Shown: positions 10,407 to 22,400 of the stretch, one piece after another
Position numbering within the stretch: the stretch's first letter is position 1
How the letters are laid out: each line of letters begins with the position of its first letter
Assembly: GCF_036321535.1 (NCBI RefSeq)
Contig: NC_087442.1
Location: 5,146,001-5,210,000 of the forward strand
Source: Camelus dromedarius
Lineage: Eukaryota
Direction of reading: 5' to 3'
DNA: 64,000 nucleotides
Made by a program: the position numbers and the translations under genes
The notes under the pieces: generated by a model
Seen by the model: the letters and a program-made list of their open reading frames with translations, nothing else
Told to the model about the DNA's origin: nothing
The model's database searches: none

Positions 10407-13400
10407 CCAGGAAGGCAGGCAGCAGTGCCTAGTGCAGGAGGTGAAAGAACACCTTCATTCTCAGAGGACACACCAGCTCCTGGCTCCCACTGCACCTGCA
10501 GAATCAGTCCAGGCAAAATGCTCAGCCCAGGTCAATCCCCAAACCTGGAATGGCTTCCTCCTCCTCATCTGACCACCTCCTTCTTCTTGGAAGCCTTTCC
10601 TGACTTGCGGAAATGAGACACAAAAGGGCATCTGCCTACACGTGGATGTCCCAGGACATCAAGCCAGTCAAAGACCCCAGAGAGATCAGTGCAGGCAGAA
10701 ACCACTCTTCCTTGTTGGCATCAGCCCCCGGTCAGGGACAAGGTCTCTGTGTTCTGTCTGACAAGATTTACCCCACAGAGATGTGGCAAACAGCTCACTC
10801 CTCACAGCCCAAAGGAAATGAAGACAGTCCTTCAAAGCTTCAGGCTGGGATCACATAAACTGTAGAGAAATTCCATAAAACTAGCCCTTGTGTCAGTTCT
10901 CTGTTTCTTAATGTCATCAGAAACAGCAGGCTGAATCAGTTGTGCAGGGCTGAGACTCCATGGAAGTTCCTAGAGGAATTAAAGTTGCAACCTCTCAGGA
11001 TTCCCAGTGTGCATTCTGGGTGAGGGTGTTCATGCTTTCCTCGAGGCTGGGTGCACAGGGGCTGAGTACTGAGCAGCCCCTTCTGCTCTGAGTGCGGGCA
11101 GATCAGAAAAGCCGACTTTAGACGGACCCACAGCCAGGTGAGCTGGACCAGCTACTCAGACCTGAGAGAAGAAGGCCCCTGTGTGTGCAACCGTGGCCAG
11201 GGGGTGGCGGGGATGCAGTACTAGACTCGGTGTGGCTGGAGAAAAAGAGAAAGACCCCTGCGAGGGGGTGACCTGTGAGGCGCTGCACAGAAATAGCGCA
11301 CTGGTGGGAGGAAGTGGAAGGGCGGCCTCGGTCCCAGGAATCCCACAGAATCTCATACCTAGTCTCTGCTCAAATATTTGCTGGGTGACCCACTGATAAG
11401 TGTGGAGGCGTGCCCAGCTGAGGCCACGCAGCCACAGAGAGCCTGTGGATGTCCTTCTCAGAGACCAGGAAGGGCTAGCTTTCTGCTCAAAGTCAGAGTT
11501 TGCAGCTTCTTCCAGTGGCTGGAGTGGTCCCAGAGCCACATGGCCCTCCCACACCGGTCGGGATCTTCTTGCCCACAAGGTGGCAGCAAAACATCTTCAT
11601 GCAGCCAAGGGGCCGCCAGCTGTTTGGCGACGAAGGCGGTGGGGACCTCAGCAGTGGCCCAAGGCGGGTGGCCACGCGGGTTAGCCAAGGCCCTCAACCA
11701 CTGCGTGGAGGGAGGTGGTGAGTGCCACACCCCAAGGTGCCCAAGGCCAGCTGGTCTCTAGCAAGCTCGGTCCTCTCTGCAGAGGCCTCCAGGTTGGGGA
11801 TCAGGGAGTCCATGGAGACACCGGGCTGCCTCCCCAGCAACCCGCTGCTCACACCCATACGCTGGGACAGGCCTCTTTATGGGTCTCCAGAGTCATCAAC
11901 CCAGACCACTCTAGGCACAGCTGTCACACATTCATCTAACACGCATCCCTCTCGAATATTCTCCTGGTGTGTTTAATGCTCCCCCGCTAGAACTCAGCCG
12001 GGCACCCAGGAGGTGTGTGATAATTCTGTGAATGAATGAACATCTTTGCTGAGCATGAGCTGCACGCTCCAGCTTTTGCTCCCCTTGTGGGCAGGGAGGC
12101 AGGCTTATGAGAGATGGTCCCCGGCTGGGACAGTCTGTTGAGATAAATCACAGCCAAAATCAGACCCCCAGTCAAGAGGCATCGGGGGTGGGGGGGGTTG
12201 TGCACTGGCAAGACACATGCTCTGGAGAACTGGGTTCAAATTCAGCCTCTGGCATCTGTGTGTCAGTCAAGTCACCTTAACCTCACCGGGTCTCAGGTTT
12301 TAGTCTGAACTAGGGATAATCCCACCTTTTCTGTTGTTTGCTATGAAGACCAGAGATGTGATTGTGGAGGGACTAACACGGTGCCTGGTACACAGCAGGT
12401 GATTAATAAAAGGAGCCGTTACTACAGGGCAGGAGAGAGCCACACTGGACACAGGGATGACTTAGCCCAGCACCAGTTTTCTTCAAATCGGAAGTCTAGC
12501 TGGACACCTCGGCGGTTCCAAGTCAGCTCAGGCCTGTGGATTACAGTCCTCCATCTCTTCTCCAAGAGGCCGAAGCGGCAGCCCTCAGAGATCCCGGAGG
12601 CCCTTCTGGATCACGCCTTTCTCTGAAAATCTGATGAAAGCTGTTATGGGCTAAACTGGGTTCCCCCAGATTCCTATTTTGAAGTCCTAACCCCCAGTAC
12701 CTTAGAATGTGACCTTATTTGGAAATGGAGTGGTTGCAAATGTAATTAGCTAAGATGAAGTCACCCTGGATAGGGTGGGCCCCCATTCCCATATGACTGC
12801 TGTCCTTATAAAAGAGGGAAGTTTGGACAGAGACAGTCACGCACAGAGGGAGAACAGGGAAACGACGGCCATCTACAAACTGAGGAGAGACACTGAACAG
12901 ATCCTCCCAAGCACCTTCAGAGGGACCTAAAAAACATACAAAAGCTACAGACTCATGGGGTGGGCTTCTGGGGCCCAGCGGGGTGACCACACAGAAGTGC
13001 GCAGCCCCCTCCAGGACCCTCCCAGGGCTGCTCAGAAGAGCTGGGAATTCTGCTCCCACCTCCCAAGTTCAGGTGACAGATGCTCCCCGCTGTGGCTGCG
13101 TTCCCCTCCCCTCCATGGAAAAACTGAGAGGATCAAAGACCACCCTCTGTGGGGCTCAGAGTCATCCCAGCCTGGAAATGGCCCTTTTAGCACCAAACTA
13201 GCTACTCAGTAGTAGTTTCTTTGCTTTTCTTCCTGTCCACAAACTCTGAAGTTCCATGAGCTAAAAATCCACTTCCTCCAATCCCGTGGGCTCCTAAAAT
13301 GCATTCAGCTGGTGGCTCTTCTTTCCTTATCAGCAGTATCAACACTCTAATGAGGGTTTGCTTTCATCTTATTTTCACAAATGTGAACTATCTTAATAAA

Positions 13401-16400
13401 GGGAAGACGCAACACAGTATTCAAATAACTGCACCGTGTTTGCTCCAAGGTGGAGGAGCTACAGACACTGAGCGGCTGCTGCCAGCGGCGCCCCACGCGG
13501 GACTCCAGTACAGTAAGTTCAGGACCTCGAGGAAAGGGCCGCTGAGGGTCAATGAACACTATTCAAAAAGTGACTCAGGTAGTTTGAAACTCTAATGGAT
13601 AAAAATTTAAAAGCATCTGAATTGCCATTACAGATACTGAAAGCATGGAGGGAGCCGCCAGGGACTGGGGTCTATGCTGAGACCCAGGGCTCTGCCCCCC
13701 ACCCCCAGCCAAGGCCAAGGCTGTCCGTTGCCCCCAGCATCCAACACACATGCTCAGACCCCAGGAGGCTTCAAGATAGGCTCCCCATCAAAGGAAGCCA
13801 TAGGCCTCCCATTGGGCCAGGCAAGTTGACACCAATACGGCCTGGATGTGGAAGGCCTGGATGTGGAAGCCGCCTGCCTCCACCAGACCAGACCAGCAGG
13901 AGTCATCGGTCAACACGCAGCCCATGCCGGCTGCCACCCCAAGCCCTCCCGGACCTTCTGGCCTCCTCTCATCGTCCCCAGCTCATCTTGTGTCTGCTAT
14001 AGATGCTAATATCTAACCTCCCAGGCACATGAAGGACACGGACACCTGCCCCTGCGGCTCAGAGACAGCCTCCAGCCAGCCCCTTGAACAACAGAGCCAC
14101 TTTGGTGCCCTGAACACCCAAGACGGGCCACAGGGAACACCACTGGTCACCCAATAACGACCACATATTGAAAATGACAGGCTCCACTGAGCACCTCACA
14201 CATACTGACCCATTTAACCCTCAACACCCCTCTGAGAAAGGTACTGTCAATCTCCCCATTTTGCAGATGAGGAATCTGAGGTGCAGGGCCAAGTAACTTG
14301 CCCAAGGTCACAGCTGGCAGGTGGCTGCAGCTGGCATTCAACCCAGGCCATCTGTCTGGCCCCCAGCCCTGGGGCCCCCCAACCTGCTGAGATACCTGCT
14401 GACACAGGAGTTCATCTTGCAGGCAGCCCCCACCTCTATCTTCCTTTTCTCCTGCCCTGGTACCCACAGCAGGGTGGCCCAGTCTTGCCCCCCACCCAGC
14501 AGGGGAACCTCCTTTCCAAAAGACCCACAAGGCTCCTCCTCACCCATCTTCCAAACTCCTGGCCCCAACTCCCGCTCTCCCAGCCCTGGATCAGTGTGAG
14601 GGGCTGGTACAGGTTCAAGAACTACCCTTCTCAGCACAGATGGTATTTAGAAAGGAGAAGCAACCTCCACAGGCAAAAGTGGAGCTCTCAAGAGCTGGCG
14701 GGCCCTGGGCACACCTCCCATTCACATCCTGTGGACAGAGCAGAGAGGGGCCAGGCCTGCAGGTCAGACCACCCTCCTGAAGTGAAGGCCCTTCCCTCCC
14801 CTGGGTGACCACCATCTTCCTGGGCCCTTCAGGTAGCCCACAACACCTGACAAATTTCCTACTGCAAGACATGCCCTCCCCACCTGCCCTGCAGGGACTC
14901 CACGGCCAGCCTCTGCCCACACCCCAGGGGTAAGTGCCCAAGCGCTGCCCGGGCCACACGCAGGTCGTGGGGCAGGGACAGCCAGCTGAGCTCCCTGGGG
15001 CATAGGGCTACCCTCCCCCAACTAGACAGCAGGTTCATGGTTTTCTGTTAAACACCAACCAAGTGTTCCCGGCCCCACCAGTCTTCCCACATCACAGAGT
15101 AACTGGCAGTGACAATTAGAGCCTCAGAGTGTCTGGCAGTTGGGTTTCAGGCTTTCCTCTTAATTTTACTCGCATCAGTCTTCAGCCTGATGACTCACTG
15201 CCCCACCAGCTCGTCAGCGCCCAGGCTTGGGACCCAGAGCCACGTCATCACATCAGGGAACCCTGTGATTGCGTGGGGACCCATGGGAAGACGCCTCAGA
15301 GGGAGCTCTAGAGGCTGCTGGGCCAGGTGAACCGCGGCCTCCCCACAGGGCCCTTTGCAGCAAGAAGAGAAGAGTGTGGAGCTCAAAGCTAGGTGCAGAG
15401 CTGCGGGGCTACCAGAGGCCCCTGGCAGGACCCTCCCCAGACGGCAAAGGTCCCTGGTCTGTCAGCAGCAAATGTGCATCTGGGACAACACACAGGGCAG
15501 AGGCAGAGGGGGTCCCTACAAACCATCTTTGCAAACGCCCATCCACGCCGGGAGACCCCACACGGGCAGGTCTCCTCACCTTCCCCTCCCAGCACTTTAC
15601 CTGTGCACCTCTGAGCACCTGCCTCACTCCATCCATCTCCTCCCTAAGGCCTGGGACCTCAGGCACCAGCCCCTGCCCCAACCACACAGAGGGGCTCGGG
15701 GCCAGGGCAGCCAGGGGCACCCACCAGCCACGGAGTCTGCGTGGAGCTGTGCTGGGCTATGGGAATGGAGGAGGCAGGACATAATTTTCAACAAGTCTCC
15801 TTGGATTTAAAGGACTGAGAAAGATCAATAGGTTCACTACATAAAAATAAAGTCCTGAACGATTAAAAAAAATATAAAAAGCCTAGGAGAAATACAACTA
15901 AAGATAAATCAACACCTGGAAAAAAATCTGGCCATGCTAATGGGTTAACATCACTATTACATACAAAGTGCACAGATGTCACTTAGAAAAATAAAATATT
16001 AACACAAGTAAAGAAAGTACAAATGGCCAATTCACTTAGAAATCACTCTCATTTGGGACACAAAGAAACAGAAATTAAAAATGAAGTTCCACTTCTCACC
16101 TACCAGAGCTCTAACGTGACTTCTGTGTCCATGATGACCCGTGCCAGCAAGGACGTGTGTACCACCCCCGCCCCAAGCAGCTCAGCCCTGCGTGCCATGG
16201 GGGAGAGAGCCCTTTCTTTGTACTAAAGCCACAGGCACTCCTACAGAGACCATCTGATGTGGACACAAAGATTTACACCCAAGGAAGTCCAGCACTTCCC
16301 CAAAACTGAAAGCAACCAGAGTGTCCACGAACACAGAAACAAGGGAGTAAGTGACCAGGTGTGTCTCCAGATGGCGGGACATCACGCAGCCATTTAAAAT

Positions 16401-19400
16401 AACATCTGCAGAGACTTGTTTACTTAGCATGGCAGCAACATTTAATGACCTCTTTTTTTTTTCAAAAGACACAAAATTGTACATAACATGGACCTATGTA
16501 AAAATGCAGGGAAAAAGGAACGTATCAAAATGAGGACAGTGGCTGAGATGGTTAGGACTCTCGGTGATTTTTTTTCTGCAAAATGCATAGTTCACCCTGT
16601 TTCCTATAATGTTTGTAGAGGGTACACTAGTTTTGTCAACAGAAACAGAAACAGAAGAAACAGAAGATGTTCTACCTGGGGATGAGGGCTGAGTGAGGAA
16701 AGAATTGGATTGCCAGAAAAACGGGTGGCTTTGTGCCCTCCTGGCTGAACCCCTAGCCCCCAAAAGCACCCCCCACTCAAGACTGAACACCTGCAGCCTC
16801 TCTGGGTCACCACACAGCCTGACGGGGGCTCACGACAGCTTTTTCACTCCAGCTCTGGGTGGGACACAAAAGAAGAAAGTGAGCTGTGACTAGTATGATA
16901 AATGTACCCTTTGCCCGTCTTTTTATAATTTTATTTTGGGGCATAAAAGCACATTTAACAAATGAACTTGTATGTAAAACAGAAACAGACTCACAGACAT
17001 AGAATACAGACTTGTGGTTGCCGGGGGGAGGAGGGTGGGAAGGGATAAACAAGGAGTTTGAGATTTGCAGGTACTGACTGGTATATATAAAATAGATAAA
17101 CAAGTTTATACTGTATAGCACAGGGAAATATATTCAATATCTTGTAGTAGCTTATGGTGAAAATATGAAAATATATATTCATGTATGACTGAAAGAATTG
17201 TGCTGTACACCAGAAACTGACACATTAAACTGACTATACCTCAATAAAAAATTTTTTTAATAATATAAATAAATAAATGCACATTTACAACACGCTCAGG
17301 AGGCTGCTCTTGGTCCTCTGTTCCTCCTTCACGTGGAAGCTTCCAGAATGAGTGTCCACTCCCCCCACCACCTCAAGAGGACTCAGCCTCTAACATTTCA
17401 CCGCAGCACACAGCCTGGTCAGCAAGAACAGCTGCCTGTGGAATTCCCTGGCAGCCATCCCCGGTCCAGGGGTCCAGGCCTCGCTTACGCTTACAGCTTC
17501 ATAGTATTTCGCAGACATATGTTCCATCCATCACCCAGCCATTCCCCTACAGAGGGGCATTCGGGTTGCCTTTTTTTTTTAAACCTCTACCAGCAAGGCT
17601 GTAATCAACACCTGTGTATCTATGTGTTTTCTTTCCATAGGATATATGCCCCCAAGTAGGACAGCTGAGTTCAAAGAAAAATATGAATTTTTCATGTCTA
17701 TGGATAATGCCTGACTACTTTTCCAAATAGGAGGCGGCAGTTCTTCCCTCCATCCCCTCACCAGCAACGTATGAGAACGCCCATGCCGCCACTCACCAGC
17801 ATCACACACTGTTATCAGTTCACTTCCTGCTACTGAATGGAGGGAACCCAGTACCTTGCTCTTCTCGCATTTCCCTGATTACTTGGGAGGAGAAGCATCT
17901 TTTCACGGTCATCGACAATTTGCATTTCCTCTTCTCTGAATTGTCTGTCTGGTCCTATCCTTTGCCCACCTGTCTTTAGGGTTTTAAAAAGTTTTTTCTT
18001 AACAATTTAGAGGAACTCTTTGGATAACAGGCATCTTAACCATTTATCTGGCATATGTACAAGGCAAGCAAATTCTCCAACTCTATTCTACAAAAATGTA
18101 ATTAAGTCTGTTAATTTTGTAATTGATTGTAACATCTGAACAATAATAACAACAAAAATCCGTGAGCCAAGAGTGACACTAAAAAAAGGGTGAGGGGGCT
18201 CTTCTTGACAGAATACCAGCTGAGACTTGCAGAAGGGATGTCCTGATGACAAAATCATCACCTGGCAACCCCAACAGAAGAGATTCAGGCAAGATCACTG
18301 ATGCACTGAAAACCACTGAGCGAAAGTTGCTAGGAGCAGTTTATTTCCAAGGTGTGGAAGTCTCACCCCAGAGATTACTTATGAATCACAAAGACGGAGG
18401 AAATGGACCTTCAGGATTTAGGAGATGATAGTGATCTCCTTAACATCACTAACAGCAGGGCCTGATGCAACACAGTAGGAGGTATTCCTGTCAAAAGGGT
18501 TTAACCTGGGTCTCATCAAGCCCTTGGACTTCACTTCAGGTCACAGGCAGTCAGGGGGATAGAGGAACAAGTTAAATAATGCCAAGCAGCCGCAGCACCG
18601 AATCAGAGCACGACCTTCTACAAGAAATCTCTCCCAGACTCTGCAAGAGTCTGTGTGATGGGAAAAGCATCACAATGGATCCTCATCGCGATAGATCCTG
18701 TGCATCCTGATCCCATGCTGATTTAGAAAAAAACAAAAAGGTTATATAAGACACGGGGTAGGGGGAACTGAGGAAACTTTGTTATGGACTAACTATTCAA
18801 TAATGTTTGAGAATTCTCGCGCATTTTCTCAGGTGTGACACTGGTATTATGTTACATAGAAAGAACATGCCTGTTCATACGAAATGCCTGCGAAATGCCT
18901 GGTGCAGCGATGGGGGAGGGAGCCATCATATCTATAACTACTGACCATCATCGCTACCCAAAAAAGGTGTGTGTGTGTGAGAGACAGAGGGAAAGTAAAT
19001 GGGGTAAATGTTAACTCGGAATCTTTCAAGGTGGTCATTATTCAAAATAAAAGGCTCAGGGGAAAAAAATCTATCAGTCTTTCTCTCTATAAATTCTGGG
19101 TTTCCTGTCTGGCTTAAAAGGATCCCTCTTATCCCAAGATTAGACAATGTTCTTCTTTTTAAAAAATTTTTAATTGAAGTGTTAGGCAGTTAGAAATGAG
19201 CACCGGGCAAGGGGAGAGGAAGGGGGAGGGAGCAACCCAGAAAATAACAGTATGCCTGCGCTCAGGATAAGGGGCTTCAAATTTTTTTTTACTTTGTCTA
19301 AATAAAGGGCAGCAAAGAAGCCGGCTAGAATCAAATGCTGTGGCTGTGCAGTAGGCAGAAGGACCTGGCTTCACTTGACCCAATGCTCATTATAATGTAA

Positions 19401-22400
19401 TTATCATTGCAGTTTGAGCCCCCTCCTGTAGGTTTCTCTGTGTGCCTCATGGGTAAAAACAGGCACAAAAGGGGTGGGCGGGCCAGAGCACAAGGAACTA
19501 GAGCCGTCAGTCAGCCTGAGCACTCAAGGAACATAAGCTGTCAATCAATCAATCAATCAATCATGAAGGCGCCCTCTAAGCCAGGCTATAAGAACAGGAA
19601 AAACAAAGGCGCGGTGCCATCTTTCCTCTCTTGGGTTGGCCGGCCCCCAGTTCTCGGGGGTGTATTACATTTCACTACCTTTTTACTTTACTAATAAAAT
19701 CTTCTGTTTATATCACGCTTTCCGTCTCTCACTAAAAATTCATTTTTTTTTTTTAGCTGATGAAGAACTCCTCCCTGTGATAGAAGTATAGTCGATTTAC
19801 AATCTTGTGTTAGTTTCTGGTGTGCAGCATAGTGATTCACCTATATATGTATATATATATTCCTTTTCATATTCTTTTTCAATATGGGTTATTATAAGGC
19901 ATTGAATATAGCTCCCTATACTATATAGTCTGACCTTGTGGTTTATTAGACAATATTATTTTAGTTTTCTCCTGTATTTTTAAAAGTCTTGTCTTTTTCA
20001 TGGTGGAGCAGCACAGCCCAGAACACAGGCTGAGACCAGACTTCCTGGGTTCAAGTCCTGCCTCTGTCCTTAGGAGGCGTGCCACTGTGGGCAGATCCCC
20101 TTACATCTCCATATCTCAGTTTCCTTATCTGCAAGATGGGTATGACACCACCCCAAGAATTACGAGCAAGCATGGAGAGCAGAGCCTGGCACACGAGAAG
20201 CACAAACAAAAAGCTATCCTCTCTAGTTCTGTGCTTTCTGAGACACCAGATCTGATTCTGCCACCCTGAGTTCAGAACCCGGCAGCTCCCCAGCACCCGC
20301 AGCCAGAACTGTCAATCTTGCAACATTTACAGCACAAAGTGCTGGAGTGTGGGGTGGCACGTTTGAATAGTTTAAAAACACACTACGCCAGCAATTTTCA
20401 TAATAAAATCACTACTCCAGTAAAACACTGTCTCGCGGTGCCTATCAAAGCAGCCAGGCCCGCCGCAGTGTTCCTCCCCGCCATCCCTCCACGCTGGGTC
20501 TCCAGGCAGAAACCCTATTGAGGTCCTCGTACGTGGTGCACTCTTTCAGAAACACAATTTTTCTTTGATACCAACTCAGCGTCACCCAGCCCTTCCTCTC
20601 CTGCTCAGAGCAGAGGGGCCCCACACACGGTCCACTCCCAGCTGGGCTACCTGGGGCAGTGCTGGGACCTGTACCCCGACTTGCCACATAAGCCAGTCTG
20701 ACCCTCGATTAAATTTAGGGGGCGCCTTGAGAAGGAAAGGCTGTGGCAATGCTGAGGCGAGCCCATCAAGACCCCTGCTCAGAATTCAGAAGGGCCTCCC
20801 CCTCCTTCCCCTCCCCCCACTCCACCGCTGGCCCACAGCTCCCTCCATCAGGACCACACGGCCCAGCTTACACTCGCTTTCCAGACAAGAGGACCCGCAC
20901 CCTCCAGGATGCTTTCTCTTGCAGACCCAGGGGAATGATGCTCTCTGGGGCCTCCCAGAGACCCTGCTCCCTTGGTGGGTCTATATTAAGCTTTTTGAAC
21001 TTTGGACAGAGTCTCTGTAACTATGCTGTTAGCACCCACAACCTGGGCTCAACTGATCACCCTCAATCCACATGGGGCTTGTCCACCCTCTCCTGCCCGC
21101 ACCCACAGAGACGGTGAGGCCCTCTGCCAGCGTGTCCTTCTCTCGGCCACATCCACAATGCCAGGAGAGGGTCAAGCATTTGGGCCGGTACCTGGCTGCC
21201 TACCTGTCCCCACCTCCCCGGGGCCAGGTGGAGGGAAGGCCACTCCCAATGGTCCCAGGGCAGTTTCTCACTGGGCAGGTAGCAAGGTAGGCTGACCGGT
21301 CAGAAGCCTGTGCCCAAAAGCAGGACACTGTGCTCTGACCTCTCAGCCCTGACCCAGCTGTGACCCCTCGAGGAGGAAGGAGGACAGAGAACTCAACGCA
21401 CTGCCACCCTCCCCCAGGTCACCCTAGCTCTGGCACAGGCTGGGCCCATGCCAGACGAGCCAGATGGAGAAGCCAGAGCTTCTCTGAGAGAGAGAGAAGC
21501 TCAGCCCTCCACAAATGGCGCCCCCTCCAGGCCCTGCTCCAGGGGCTGCAAAGCTCCACCTTGGGGACCTAACAGCCCACAGCTCTCCCCTCTCCATCTT
21601 CTGCTCCTTGGGGCCAGCATGCTGGAACGGGTCCCCACGGGCAGCACCATGGCCCTGGAGGGGACAGAGCAGCGTGATATGGGTGGGGACTCTGTGAGCG
21701 ACCTCTGGGGCCCAATAGGGCTCCTGGACAGGGTACAGAGCAGGGAGGCCTCCTGGTTGCTGGTCAAGCAATATTTGCCAGGCCGGTACCGGGCTGGGGG
21801 CCTGAGGCCCACCCACCACTGGCTCAGGCCTCAGTGTCCAGAGGTGAAGTAGCAGACAGCGAGGCAGACACCAGCTCAGGACAAATGCCAGCCAGGGGAA
21901 GTGCACACACTGCTCCCAGCCCCACAAGGGCCCAGGCCAGGGAAGGCTAGTTTGGGGCAGGGGGACACCCAACAGACCAAGGCCTTGAACTGGAAAGGTG
22001 GGTGATGGGGCTGGACAGCAGGTTTAGATCCCAGCTCTTCTCACAGGTAAAGGGCAGTAACGGTCCCTGGAGGGGCTGCGGTGCGGCTCTGGTACCCCTG
22101 AGAGAGGTGAGGCCCCAGGGCCACAACCAGCGGGGGACGGGGCCCAGGAAGGGACGCAAGAGGCCGTTAACCCAGGCTCAGGATGGCGTGTCCCTGCCAG
22201 AGAGTGACAGGTTGGGGGAGAATGAGAGCTCTACAGGGTGACAGCCTCTGTCTTCTCTAGGTTGGCTGGAGGGGCCTCAGGGCATCCCATCCAAGATGTC
22301 ACCAGGGGCCTGCTAAAGGCAGAGGGCTGCCCAGACCAGTCTATCTGCAGATTCTCTGCTGGCTCCCTGGACAAAGGTTAACAAGAGGGGCTGGTGAAAG

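Noticed and set aside
11058-11080. Hairpin GGGGCTG-9 nt-CAGCCCC as a small RNA
   Set aside because: A 7-bp stem is expected by chance and far too short for a pre-miRNA.
13840-13869. 15-bp perfect tandem duplication (gcctggatgtggaag x2), and similar 10-11-bp doublets near 18881 and 24840
   Set aside because: Isolated two-copy slippage duplications; no array or spacer structure, so not CRISPR-like.
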